Source: Bacillota bacterium
GTDB taxonomy: Bacteria; Bacillota; Limnochordia; Darwinibacteriales; Darwinibacteriaceae
Direction: 5' to 3'
DNA: 64,000 nt
Assembly (NCBI GenBank): GCA_012837925.1
Contig: DUQE01000049.1
Span: 13,997-77,996 of the forward strand
Below, piece after piece: positions 23,420 through 32,919 of the stretch. The position numbers and the translations under genes were made by a program. The notes below the pieces were generated by a model, which was not told where the DNA came from, made no database searches, and saw only the letters and a list, made by a program, of their open reading frames with translations. Numbering within the stretch: the first letter of the stretch is position 1; every line of letters starts with the position of its first letter.

Positions 23420-24165
23420 AACCGTTTGCTTTGGGGATTGTAGCGCCAATCGACTCCCTGAAAGAGAACATGGAAATTATTGTTTATAATCCGAGCGGCC
23501 GCACGCATACCCACCCTTTTATCCAAATCATCGACCTCATAGTTGGTGGTAAAAACGGTGGGTTTTTCGTTAATCAGTCGACCATCAACGAGAACAAACA
23601 AGCGCTCCATGGTCCAGGCACTCTCTCGCTCACTACCAATATCATCTAGAATCAGAAGATCTGCGGACAGGTACTCGTCAAGACTGACATTGCCTGTCCG
23701 CATTCTTTCCAGAAGAATGGGAAAGCACGCAAAGGACACTGTGTACTTGTCTTTGAGCCTGTTGGCTATGGCGCACGCTAAGTGAGTCTTACCTGTTCCT
23801 GACCGCCCGAACAGAAGCAGGCCGGAGCCGTTTTTTACCGAGGCAATATTGCGCGCAAAAGACTCGCACGCTTTGTAGGCTTCTTTGTTCAGTGGTGTCA
23901 CACGGAAGTTGTCGAATGTACGGTCTCTTAAGCCTGAGGGTAACGGATGCGGGCGGGCTACAGACAAGACCAAGCGTTGTTGCTCCTTGCGCCCCTCCAA
24001 TCGTTCCTTTCTCACACACGAGCAATCGGATACTAACCAATGTCCCTTAGGCAGCTCCTCAGGTAATGGGAAAGGATGACGATAGTATGTCTTCTTACGC
24101 CGCTCACCGCACACTGGACAGGTTTCGCTGCCAAAATATGAGCGGCCTAAGCCCTGCTCAATCAT
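23416..24165 (-). CDS. DnaI/DnaC-like AAA+ helicase-loader protein with N-terminal zinc-binding module
   Basis: CPVCGERRKKTYYRHPF...SDCSC zinc module, Walker A GRSGTGKTHLACAIANRL, Walker B LLILDDIG. ATG 24165 overlaps the dnaD-like stop by 8 nt. ORF-track start 24282 is also possible. Confidence 0.7.
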   Translation of the reverse strand: MIEQGLGRSYFGSETCPVCGERRKKTYYRHPFPLPEELPKGHWLVSDCSCVRKERLEGRKEQQRLVLSVARPHPLPSGLRDRTFDNFRVTPLNKEAYKACESFARNIASVKNGSGLLLFGRSGTGKTHLACAIANRLKDKYTVSFACFPILLERMRTGNVSLDEYLSADLLILDDIGSERESAWTMERLFVLVDGRLINEKPTVFTTNYEVDDLDKRVGMRAAARIINNNFHVLFQGVDWRYNPQSKRF

Positions 24166-24565
24166 CCAAGAACGGGAAGCGACTCCTGTCTTGTTGCGGT
24201 TTTTTATACGTGAAATCCTCGGTTCGGATTTTTTCCTTAGTTTGGCCACGTACTTCCCTCCCTGCACTTGTCTGGTCTTCATTCACAGCAGACCAGTATG
24301 CATAAAAGTGTTCATCGGTAGTAATACCATGATTCAGCCAGTCCTGAATAATCGTATGAATGTAATTAAATGAAATCCGTTTATTCTTGCCTTGCATACG
24401 GCTCCGGCGTTGTTCTTGCAGAGCCTTCAGTATAGCACAGCCTATGACAAAGGGAGTCATACCCTCGTCATGGGCCTCACAGAGTTTTTGCTTTTGGGCA
24501 CTCGTTAGAAGTGCGACTTTTTGCTGATAAAGAGTAAAGACATCATCCATCTTAGGATCGACCAA
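24158..24565 (-). CDS. DnaD-domain (DDBH2) replication-initiation/helicase-loading protein, short form
   Basis: ISFNYIHTIIQDWLNHGITTDE motif typical of DnaD/DnaB C-terminal domains. TTG start with GGAGGTG RBS. Confidence 0.65.
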   Translation of the reverse strand: MVDPKMDDVFTLYQQKVALLTSAQKQKLCEAHDEGMTPFVIGCAILKALQEQRRSRMQGKNKRISFNYIHTIIQDWLNHGITTDEHFYAYWSAVNEDQTSAGREVRGQTKEKIRTEDFTYKKPQQDRSRFPFLDD

Positions 24566-25391
24566 GACGCCACCTCCAAATAAACACGACCCCTAACACC
24601 AGGACCACTCCAAGAGCTGCAGAAAGCCAGATGACTGGGTTTGCCCCGCTCGCATAAACAGGATAGAGCACACCTTCACTAAGCTGGTTCTTCTGGCTAC
24701 GACGACCAAAGCGAGGAGACAAGAGGTCAAAAACGGGCAGACCTTCTCCCCCGACTTGCCAGGGACCATCTCCCAAGTCTCTCCAAGAGCCTTGTGCAAG
24801 TCCGTCAAAGGAACCAACAAGGACATAATAACCCCAGGCGGAGTCGGGCTGGGGTAATGCATCACTGTTCACTTGCACGCGAATTGTCTGGTTATCAGGC
24901 AGGATGCCGCTGATTACTTCTTCTGACAAGACCTGGACTTGACCATCTGCACCGACCACAATAAGCCTGCTCTCATCGAAAGGAGCTACACTCAGACGCA
25001 CGTTCCACCCCAGACCAAGCCCAGTTTGCAGCGTATGGGATCCGATGGGAATATCCGTCTTTTCAGGGGATTCCCCTGTTCTTATGAGGATTTCTATACG
25101 CTGATGAAAGTACCCTTCTGGTGCTTGAAAAGGATTCGTTAAAGCTGCAAACCGCAGGTCAAAATAAACAAAACTCGCATCCCTGGAAACCTCAAATCCC
25201 AAAAGATCGAACAAGCCAGGAACATACACCGCATGCTCAGGATAGAAAAGTTGCCCTGCACCCGCATCATCGCCTCGGACATCAGAAAACCGAGCGATGG
25301 TCTCCCCGGCGCTCTGCACCTTCAGAGACATTCCCAGCCCCGCGAAAAGTACCACCATTAAAATAACAGTACCAACGTTCCTTGCCAGCAT
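24552..25391 (-). CDS. Hypothetical exported protein with C-terminal membrane anchor
   Basis: N-terminal signal peptide (MLARNVGTVILMVVLFAGLGMSLKVQSAG) and C-terminal TM (WLSAALGVVLVLGVVFIW) followed by RWRLGRS. No recognisable catalytic motif. Confidence 0.5.
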   Translation of the reverse strand: MLARNVGTVILMVVLFAGLGMSLKVQSAGETIARFSDVRGDDAGAGQLFYPEHAVYVPGLFDLLGFEVSRDASFVYFDLRFAALTNPFQAPEGYFHQRIEILIRTGESPEKTDIPIGSHTLQTGLGLGWNVRLSVAPFDESRLIVVGADGQVQVLSEEVISGILPDNQTIRVQVNSDALPQPDSAWGYYVLVGSFDGLAQGSWRDLGDGPWQVGGEGLPVFDLLSPRFGRRSQKNQLSEGVLYPVYASGANPVIWLSAALGVVLVLGVVFIWRWRLGRS

Positions 25392-25433
25392 ATCACATCC
25401 CCCCTAGGGGATCCTATGCAAGTTCGCGCGTTT

Positions 25434-26546
25434 CTATCGGTAAACTCGCTCAATGCGACTGCTGAGCATACAAGTAATTTCGTAGTTGATGGTTCTTAAA
25501 AGATCAGCCCAATCATGGGCATGGATCGTGTGCTTTCCATCGGTTCCGAGCAAAGTGACTTCATCCCCGATTTTCGCGGGCAAATCGCCTATATCAATAA
25601 GGGTATGATCCATAGTCACTTTACCTACAATAGGACACGGAGTCCCCTTGATCAATACGTGTCCTTTGTTACTCAGTCCACGCGATAAACCGTCAGCATA
25701 TCCTATAGGTAAAACGGCGAGAGAGGTCTCCTTTTGCGTCACATAGGTACTGTCGTAACTCACTGCGCTACCAGCTGGAACCCGTTTTACAAAGGCTACC
25801 TTTGTTTTTAAGGTTAACGCGGGTTTGAGGTGCAGCGGTCTGCGTTTGTCCGGATACATTCCATAGATGCCAAGTCCCACGCGCACAAGATCTAAGTGGG
25901 ACTCAGGAAAAAACATAGTGGCTGCTGTATTCGCCGCGTGAACATAGGGAATCGTAATACCCCTCCTGCTCAAATCGTCCCTGACAGCAAGAAAGCGTTC
26001 CCACTGCCAACGGGTGTACACCAAGTCTTCTTGGTCAGCTTGGGCGAAGTGGGTAAAGACACCTTGGATCTCGAGTCCGGGAAGCTCGTTCACAAGCTCC
26101 ACGAGGTTACCAAAGTCCTTTGGTAAAAGACCTAGGCGTCCCATACCGGTATCCACCTTAATATGCACTTTGGCTTGTTTCTGTTGCTTTACCGCGGCTT
26201 TAGACAAGAGTCTGGCGATGTGGGGTTCGAAGACTGTGACGACGAGATCATAGGCTACACAGACGTCGAGTTCGTCGCCTCCCACAGCCCCCAAAACCAA
26301 AATAGGTGCTGTGATTCCGCCACGACGCAGTCGAACGGCTTCTTCGGGAAGGGCCACTGCCAACCAGTTTGTGCCATTGGCAATCATCGTGTACGCGGTT
26401 TCCAGAGCTCCATGACCATAGCCATTAGCCTTTACAACAGCCATGAGCTCACAATTAGGCCCAATGTACTCGCGGAACTGCCGGACATTATAGGCAATGT
26501 TATCTAATATGACGTCGGCCCAGACGGACCTATTGAGCTTACTCAC
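25434..26546 (-). CDS. alr: Alanine racemase
   Basis: PLP-lysine motif AVVKANGYGHG, 370 aa. Confidence 0.9.
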   Translation of the reverse strand: MSKLNRSVWADVILDNIAYNVRQFREYIGPNCELMAVVKANGYGHGALETAYTMIANGTNWLAVALPEEAVRLRRGGITAPILVLGAVGGDELDVCVAYDLVVTVFEPHIARLLSKAAVKQQKQAKVHIKVDTGMGRLGLLPKDFGNLVELVNELPGLEIQGVFTHFAQADQEDLVYTRWQWERFLAVRDDLSRRGITIPYVHAANTAATMFFPESHLDLVRVGLGIYGMYPDKRRPLHLKPALTLKTKVAFVKRVPAGSAVSYDSTYVTQKETSLAVLPIGYADGLSRGLSNKGHVLIKGTPCPIVGKVTMDHTLIDIGDLPAKIGDEVTLLGTDGKHTIHAHDWADLLRTINYEITCMLSSRIERVYR

Positions 26547-28057
26547 GATAGAATCTCCTGTACTGTTTCAAGACTGTCTCCGGCCTTCAGCCCGCGTTCG
26601 CCCCGTAGCGCGGCTCTGTCACCGGCTTTGCCATGTACATACACACCCAAAGCGGCAGCCCTTAGGGGATCTAGACCTTGACTGAGCATGGCTGCAATCA
26701 ATCCGGTCAATACATCACCACTACCAGCTGTGGCCATACCCGGATTTCCTGTGCTATTGACATACGTGCGTTCTCCACCGGCAATCACGGTTGGAGCACC
26801 CTTGAGTACGACAACTACACCCCACTCATGGGCAAAATCCTCCGCCACTTCGATGCGTTCTGCGTTCACCTTGGCAGTTTCGTTTCCTACCAGACGAGCC
26901 ATCTCGCCCGGATGCGGTGTGAGTATCCACTGACCACGCTTGTCTTCGGGAACGCTCTTTAAGAAGGCTGTATCAAGAGCCATCAGAGCATCAGCATCAA
27001 TGACGCAGGGAGCGTCCCACTTGCGCAAAAGCTCCTGCACAACTTGGATAACTTCTGGACGCCTCGTCAACCCCGGCCCTATGGCCAATACATCTTTACC
27101 CTCCATGAGCTCCAGCAGTTCTTGAAGACTAGGCACACCAATTGTACCTTCGTCTGTTTGCGAAACAGGAACCACGATGCGTTCATCGGGTTCAAAACGA
27201 TCATAGATACCACAAGGGACAGCCAGAGTCACCACTCCGCCACCTCCACGCAAGACGGCCTGGCCGCTGAGGGATGCTGCTCCCGCGTAGGCTTTGGATC
27301 CTGCGATCACAAGCGTGTGACCAAACGTCCCCTTGTGACTCCAGGGCTTGCGTTTAGGCAACCAGTCCAGACACTCTTCTGTAAGCAAGAAATGGCGCCC
27401 TTCATGAACGAGGGGGAAACCCAAGTCAACGACAACATTTCGCCCTGCATACGCTTTTCCAGGGTATAATACACAACCGAGTTTGAGAAACCCAAGGTTA
27501 ATCGTCAAATCAGCGCGCAAGGCTTGCCCACCCACTTGACCATTGGTGGCATTCACACCGGTGGGGCAATCGATGGCTACTAACGGACACTTGATGTCGT
27601 TCACCACGGTCACGAAGGACTCGAGCTCTTCATTCAGGGTACCTGCGAAGCCTGTACCAAAAATGGCGTCAATAATCAGATCAGCCAGCCCCAAGCTAAA
27701 TCGCAGTTTCCCCATCTGCCCAGCCTCAACTGTCTGCAGATCCACACCCAGCTTGCGCAAAATCTCCAGGTTTGTACTGTTCTCTTTGCTCAGTTTCTGC
27801 TGGTTTCCAACGAGGTAGACCTTAACACGGGCACCAAGGGCTAAGAGTTGTCTGGCCACAACCAGACCATCTCCCCCGTTATTGCCAGTGCCAGCCAGAA
27901 CATGGACCCGTTTGCCGCTCAGACATCCATACTCTCGTTTTAGCACTTCCACAATGCGGCTTCCCGCGTTTTCCATCACCAATAGGGGCGAAAGCCCTAG
28001 TCTCGCAAAGGCTTTCTTCTCAATGGACTGCATTTCAACACCTGTTACAACCTTCAT
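26543..28057 (-). CDS. nnr: Bifunctional NAD(P)H-hydrate epimerase/dehydratase (YjeF N+C)
   Basis: N-terminal YjeF_N (LVLAGTGNNGGDGLVVARQL) and C-terminal carbohydrate-kinase-like dehydratase (GPGLT..., GSGDVL). 4-nt overlap with alr. Confidence 0.9.
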   Translation of the reverse strand: MKVVTGVEMQSIEKKAFARLGLSPLLVMENAGSRIVEVLKREYGCLSGKRVHVLAGTGNNGGDGLVVARQLLALGARVKVYLVGNQQKLSKENSTNLEILRKLGVDLQTVEAGQMGKLRFSLGLADLIIDAIFGTGFAGTLNEELESFVTVVNDIKCPLVAIDCPTGVNATNGQVGGQALRADLTINLGFLKLGCVLYPGKAYAGRNVVVDLGFPLVHEGRHFLLTEECLDWLPKRKPWSHKGTFGHTLVIAGSKAYAGAASLSGQAVLRGGGGVVTLAVPCGIYDRFEPDERIVVPVSQTDEGTIGVPSLQELLELMEGKDVLAIGPGLTRRPEVIQVVQELLRKWDAPCVIDADALMALDTAFLKSVPEDKRGQWILTPHPGEMARLVGNETAKVNAERIEVAEDFAHEWGVVVVLKGAPTVIAGGERTYVNSTGNPGMATAGSGDVLTGLIAAMLSQGLDPLRAAALGVYVHGKAGDRAALRGERGLKAGDSLETVQEILS

Positions 28058-28060
28058 CGC

Positions 28061-28436
28061 CTATTCCTCCCCCAGGGCAATGACGTAAGCCACAGCCAGT
28101 TCATTGGTATGTGATAAGCTCAGAACAAAGTGCGTAATCCCAAGGTTCTCCGCCACCTCCGACGCTGGCTGTAAGAGTCGAACCTGGGGTTGTCCAAGCG
28201 AATTTTTGTAGATCTCAATCGAGTTGAAAGGCATGCCCTGTAGCCAACCTCGGCCAACGGCCTTCATCACAGCTTCTTTGGCAGCAAAACGAGCCGCCCA
28301 CGACTGGACGTTTCGATCCTGCAATTCTGTCTGTTCCTGCTGTGTGTAGACCTTGTCCCTAAACCTCTGGCGACGAAGCGCCTTATCGATTCGGGCAACG
28401 TCTACTAGGTCGACGCCGCAGCCCTTAACTGACACG
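28061..28436 (-). CDS. acpS: Holo-[acyl-carrier-protein] synthase
   Basis: GCGVDLVDVARIDKAL...RFAAKEAVMKA, 4'-phosphopantetheinyl transferase. GTG 28436 gives the typical ~125 aa. The ORF-track call (..28525) runs 100 nt into glmM. Confidence 0.75.
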
Positions 28437-29771
28437 ACTACCACCTTGCTCTTCTTTGATCGTCTGCACAACCCTCTGTATACAGGCGTGAAGTACGTTC
28501 GCATCTGGGTGTTCGCCCAAGACACGTATCATCGGTTCTGTACCCGAGGCCCGCACAAAGAGTCGTCCCATGGGGCCGAGTTCCTGCTCAGCCTGGCTAA
28601 TGACGCCTTGAATACGGCGGTTCTCCTGCCAACCTTCCTTCTTCTCTACTGGTATGTTCACAAGGCTTTGGGGGAACACCACCATGACTTCAGCTAGCTT
28701 CGCCAGACTCTGGTTCTGCGCTTGACGCATCTCAAGCAGCTTCAAGGCCGATAAAATGCCGTCACCCGTTGTGGAGTTCTCCAGAAAAATGATATGCCCT
28801 GACTGCTCGCCACCCAAGATGCACCCAGTATTCTGCATGCTTTCCAAGACAAAGCGGTCGCCAGGCTTGGCATAAATTACGTCGCCTCCCCGCTCTACGA
28901 AAGCTTGACGCAGTCCGCCGTTGGAGTAAGCGGTAGCAATAACTCTTTGACCAGGCAAGCGATTATGGCGCAACAAATGTAATCCTATGATAGCTAAAAT
29001 CTGATCGCCATTGAGCAGACCACCCTGTTCATCAACGGCCAAAATACGATCACCATCGCCGTCAAAGGCAAAGCCCAAGTCGGCACCGACCTGCTTGGTA
29101 AGAGCCTGGATCTTCTCGGGATACGTGGAACCACAGAGATGATTGATGTTTACACCATTGGGTTCATCGCAGAAGGAGGATACCTTGGCCCCCAAGTCTC
29201 TAAAGATCCTTGCAGCAACCGTCGAAGTAGCCCCGTTTGCGCAATCAATAGCTAGGTGCAGCCCCTCCAAATCCACCGACACTTGTTCTTTCAGGTTCTC
29301 TACATAGAGTTCTACAGCATTAACGTTGGAGATAACTTTCCCAACATCTCCCGCGATGGGTCGTACAACATCGTCTTCGTCTATGAGTTCCTCAATCTGT
29401 GCCTCTTGTTCTTCCGAAAGCTTGAAACCATCAGAACCAAACACCTTGATCCCGTTATCCTGCAGAGGGTTGTGGGAGGCAGAAATCATGATCCCGGCTG
29501 AACAGCGTAGCGTTCTTGCCAGGAAAGCCACAGCCGGCGTGGGGACGACACCGACCAAAACGGCATCGAGTCCGGCAGAAGTAACGCCTGCTACCAAAGC
29601 TCCTTCGAGCATCTGCCCTGAAAGGCGAGGGTCCCGTCCAATCAAAACAGGCTGTCGGGCCTCATTGCCCAGAACTAAAGCTGTTGCCCTACCCACACGC
29701 AAGGCCAGTTCTACGGTGAGCTCACGATTGGCTACACCTCTGATACCGTCGGTTCCAAAGTACTTTAACAC
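28425..29771 (-). CDS. glmM: Phosphoglucosamine mutase
   Basis: MLKYFGTDGIRGVANREL..., active-site GIMISASHNP. Confidence 0.95.
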   Translation of the reverse strand: MLKYFGTDGIRGVANRELTVELALRVGRATALVLGNEARQPVLIGRDPRLSGQMLEGALVAGVTSAGLDAVLVGVVPTPAVAFLARTLRCSAGIMISASHNPLQDNGIKVFGSDGFKLSEEQEAQIEELIDEDDVVRPIAGDVGKVISNVNAVELYVENLKEQVSVDLEGLHLAIDCANGATSTVAARIFRDLGAKVSSFCDEPNGVNINHLCGSTYPEKIQALTKQVGADLGFAFDGDGDRILAVDEQGGLLNGDQILAIIGLHLLRHNRLPGQRVIATAYSNGGLRQAFVERGGDVIYAKPGDRFVLESMQNTGCILGGEQSGHIIFLENSTTGDGILSALKLLEMRQAQNQSLAKLAEVMVVFPQSLVNIPVEKKEGWQENRRIQGVISQAEQELGPMGRLFVRASGTEPMIRVLGEHPDANVLHACIQRVVQTIKEEQGGSRVS

Positions 29772-29774
29772 ACG

Positions 29775-30446
29775 TTATTCCTCCCCATTCTCAACGACTT
29801 CCAAAATACGGATCGCAGGCGGATCCATTTCTAACCCGTTCAAACTGCGGCCCTGAGCGTCCAGCGCTTGCACGGGAAACGTGGTCTCCAAATTGATCCC
29901 CAGATCCATACCCAAGTAGGCGACCACATGATCCACTTGCTCTAGTATACTACGGGGGCCTCGAACGGTGATTACCGCAGGTGACGGCCTGATCCCCATC
30001 ATCGTCCGTGTCTTGTCAATTCCGAGCAGTGCCAGGGTGACGGGGAACACTGCTTCAGCAACATCTTCGGTATAAACGCTTACCCATTGGGGAGTTACAC
30101 TCACCACACGAATTCCTAACGGGCTCTCCACAGCAACACTATATGTCTCTGTACCTTCCACTGCTCCCGCGAGGTCTATGGAAGCGGTGATCGAACCTTC
30201 ACTCCGGTTGACTAAAGGTGCCAGCCCCCGAATGCCCACTCTTACGTCCTCAGGTGGATCGACCAAAAAGAGATCGGGCGGCAGATTCTGCACTTGAACT
30301 CCGAGTGTAATCGTTCGCTCCGTCTCGCCAAGAGTGCCATCGCCAGTAGCCAGAAGCCAAAAAATGATGGCAAGTAGCAAGGAAAAAAACCGCCAATACA
30401 CCTCTGGAGTTCGCAGGAAAGCCCAGAGCTTTTTGATCCGGCTCAT
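29775..30446 (-). CDS. cdaR: CdaR (YbbR-like) regulator of diadenylate cyclase
   Basis: N-terminal TM plus YbbR-like repeats. Conserved cdaA-cdaR-glmM synteny. Confidence 0.8.
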   Translation of the reverse strand: MSRIKKLWAFLRTPEVYWRFFSLLLAIIFWLLATGDGTLGETERTITLGVQVQNLPPDLFLVDPPEDVRVGIRGLAPLVNRSEGSITASIDLAGAVEGTETYSVAVESPLGIRVVSVTPQWVSVYTEDVAEAVFPVTLALLGIDKTRTMMGIRPSPAVITVRGPRSILEQVDHVVAYLGMDLGINLETTFPVQALDAQGRSLNGLEMDPPAIRILEVVENGEE

Positions 30447-31198
30447 GACGTCTCTCCTCCCCGCCAGTAGAAATTAAGTTGTTCCTTCAAACGAGCCTCC
30501 GTCAAGTATCTGCGAAGGTGACCTCCAACGGCGAGGGACATCGTACCCGTTTCTTCCGAAACCACTACAATCACTGCATCGGTCTGCTCCGACATGCCCA
30601 CTGCGGCTCGATGACGAGTACCCAAACCGCCACCCAACTGGCTATCTGTAAGGGGTAAGACACAGCCCGCACTGGTGATGCGGCCACCAGTGACAATCAC
30701 GGCGCCATCGTGTAAGGGACTGTTGGGTTCAAAAATGTTCATTAAAAGTTCGGTGCTGATCAGAGCATCGAGACGAACGCCTGTTTCCACAAACTCATGC
30801 AGACCCATTTGTCGCTGAAAGACTATGAGCGCTCCTGTTTTCTTAGCACTGAGGCGACTACAAGCCTCAATGACCGCTTCAAGATCAAACTCCTGCTGCC
30901 CAACGCCCCGGCCGGTCATCCAGCCAAAGAGCTGACCACGGCCCAGCTTTTCAAGGCCGCGCCGCAGTTCGGGATAAAAAACCACAGGAAGGGCGACCAA
31001 AAACAGGGTTGTGGCCTGATCCAGGAGCCAACTCACGGTGCGAAGGCTCAAAGCCCTGGCCACGACACTGCTAGCAAACACAATGGTGAGTCCTTTAACC
31101 AAGGTGGTGGCCCTGGTCCCCTGAATGGAGTATATAACCCGATAAACTACATAGGCCACAATAAGAATGTCAATGGCGTCTCGAATCGTGAACAGCAC
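30443..31198 (-). CDS. cdaA: Diadenylate cyclase CdaA (DacA)
   Basis: 3 N-terminal TM segments plus a DAC domain (GALIVF, LHDGAVIV, GTRHRAA). GTG start with AAGGGGGA RBS. Confidence 0.9.
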   Translation of the reverse strand: MLFTIRDAIDILIVAYVVYRVIYSIQGTRATTLVKGLTIVFASSVVARALSLRTVSWLLDQATTLFLVALPVVFYPELRRGLEKLGRGQLFGWMTGRGVGQQEFDLEAVIEACSRLSAKKTGALIVFQRQMGLHEFVETGVRLDALISTELLMNIFEPNSPLHDGAVIVTGGRITSAGCVLPLTDSQLGGGLGTRHRAAVGMSEQTDAVIVVVSEETGTMSLAVGGHLRRYLTEARLKEQLNFYWRGGETS

Positions 31199-31224
31199 CG
31201 AGAGTCCCCCTTAGATTCCCTTTC

Positions 31225-32343
31225 TTATGCTTCCATAACCTGTTCCGCAGCTTGTGTGGCCTGACCGTACTTCTTCATGTCCATTTCCAGGACAGCTAAA
31301 GCAGTTAACACATCGAGGGGCGTGGCATAACCCATATGACCCACCCTGAAGATGTTGTTGGCGTGGATGCCTTGCCCACCGGCAAATTCCACCCCATACT
31401 GCTTCTTAATGCGTGCTCTAAAACTGTCAGCATTGGGGAACCGAATTCCGGTCACTGTTGGAGATGCGTCTTCGTCTTTGACAAGGAGTTCTAGACCAAC
31501 AGCCCTGGCTCCCGCCCGCATCATGTCGCGCATTAAAATGTGGCGAGCGAAGACATTTTCTAAACCCTCGGCCTCTATCATAGATAATGCTTCCTCAAGA
31601 GCAAAGACATTATGAATGTTCGGAGTAAAGGGAGTTTCCGACTTCTCCATATACTGTTCATAGCGACGCAAATCCATATAATAGCGGCTCGCAGTACACC
31701 TGTCGGAGTACTCTCTGGCCCTGGGCGAAAAGACGACGAAAGCCGTTCCCGGAGGCGTCATCAAGCATTTTTGAGAAGCACTGACCACAACATCCAAACC
31801 CCAGGCATCCATTTGACAAGGTGTTCCTCCCAAGGCGCTGACCGCGTCGACAACCAAAAGAGCACTGTGGTTACCGCGAGCCTTGGCGACGGATTCCACA
31901 TCATTAAGGACGGCCGTGGAAGACTCGTTTTGTACCATAAACATAAGTTCGATTTCGGGATGCTGTTTTAGGTAGGTGGCAACCTGTTCAGGATCAACTC
32001 CCCCATCCCAGGGAAACTCCAGAATATGCATTTTCGCCCCATAGGCCTTACATAGATCTGCCCAACGATTGCCGAAAAAGCCCCCCACCAGACACAAGAC
32101 TGGCGTCCCAGGCGAAACCAAGTTACTGACCGCAACTTCCATCCCGGCTGTTCCAGATCCGGTAATCATATGTACTTGGTTCGTTGTGCCAAACAGAGGA
32201 GCGAGGCGTTTTAAGACTGCAGGATAATGCTCTTTAAAGTATGCCCCTCTGTGGTTGATCATGGGCTTGGCCATCTGTAAAGCGACTTCATTTGGTACTG
32301 GCACCGGTCCGGGGATGCGCAGCTCAGGTTTAAAACGGTACAT
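31225..32343 (-). CDS. Class V aminotransferase (alanine-glyoxylate/serine-pyruvate aminotransferase family)
   Basis: 372 aa. PLP-fold motifs (TGSGTAGMEVAVSNL, ASQKCLMTPPG). AAGGAGGA RBS. Confidence 0.8.
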   Translation of the reverse strand: MYRFKPELRIPGPVPVPNEVALQMAKPMINHRGAYFKEHYPAVLKRLAPLFGTTNQVHMITGSGTAGMEVAVSNLVSPGTPVLCLVGGFFGNRWADLCKAYGAKMHILEFPWDGGVDPEQVATYLKQHPEIELMFMVQNESSTAVLNDVESVAKARGNHSALLVVDAVSALGGTPCQMDAWGLDVVVSASQKCLMTPPGTAFVVFSPRAREYSDRCTASRYYMDLRRYEQYMEKSETPFTPNIHNVFALEEALSMIEAEGLENVFARHILMRDMMRAGARAVGLELLVKDEDASPTVTGIRFPNADSFRARIKKQYGVEFAGGQGIHANNIFRVGHMGYATPLDVLTALAVLEMDMKKYGQATQAAEQVMEA

Positions 32344-32435
32344 AGTGAATCCTCCTTGTTTGTAATAGAAAAAACCATTCCCCAGAGGACAGGCTCAGGG
32401 CCACCTCGTTAGGGAAGGTATCTTTCTAACGTACA

Positions 32436-32849
32436 CTATAGTAATCGTTGCAAACGTTTTGCTATGGAAGCCGCGTCTTGCTCACCACTAAGAGTGCCAA
32501 AATCCTCCACGATGACACCCTGACGCTCCATATGGCTCATTAGCACGCGTAGTGCTTTGCCAGATCCAAGCAGGCTCGGTCTGACAAACGCTCCTCCTTT
32601 CTTGCCTTCTAGGCGCATCGCCTTCTTGAGGAGATTGTCCATCTCCACGGGTAGCTGAGGCTTCCACCAACCCGAATAACCTGTAACAACACAGACCAAA
32701 CCATAGGGTGCCGCACTAACGGGCGAACTGCCAGCGGCCTGAGGTGAGAGGAGATCGACATTTACCCCACCTTTTTCCAATGCCCTTTGAAGTGCTACTA
32801 CAGACGATTTGATCTTTGGATCGTCTCCGTGCATAATCAAGACCCGCAC
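32436..32849 (-). CDS. Hypothetical protein, flavodoxin-like alpha/beta fold suspected
   Basis: 137 aa. GTG start. Beta-alpha alternation (MRVLIMHGDD...) but no FMN-binding T/SxTGxT loop. Confidence 0.4.
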   Translation of the reverse strand: MRVLIMHGDDPKIKSSVVALQRALEKGGVNVDLLSPQAAGSSPVSAAPYGLVCVVTGYSGWWKPQLPVEMDNLLKKAMRLEGKKGGAFVRPSLLGSGKALRVLMSHMERQGVIVEDFGTLSGEQDAASIAKRLQRLL

Positions 32850-32919
32850 ATTGATTGCCCCCTATCGTAATGTATCTAATCTTTCTCACTTATTTCTCTA
32901 ACCAAAGGATAAATCCTGT

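Noticed and set aside
23416-24282. IstB-like (IS21 helper ATPase) interpretation, i.e. a mobile element
   Set aside because: No IstA transposase, no terminal inverted repeats and no target duplications nearby. The N-terminal zinc module and an overlapping DnaD-domain partner fit a DnaI-type helicase loader better.
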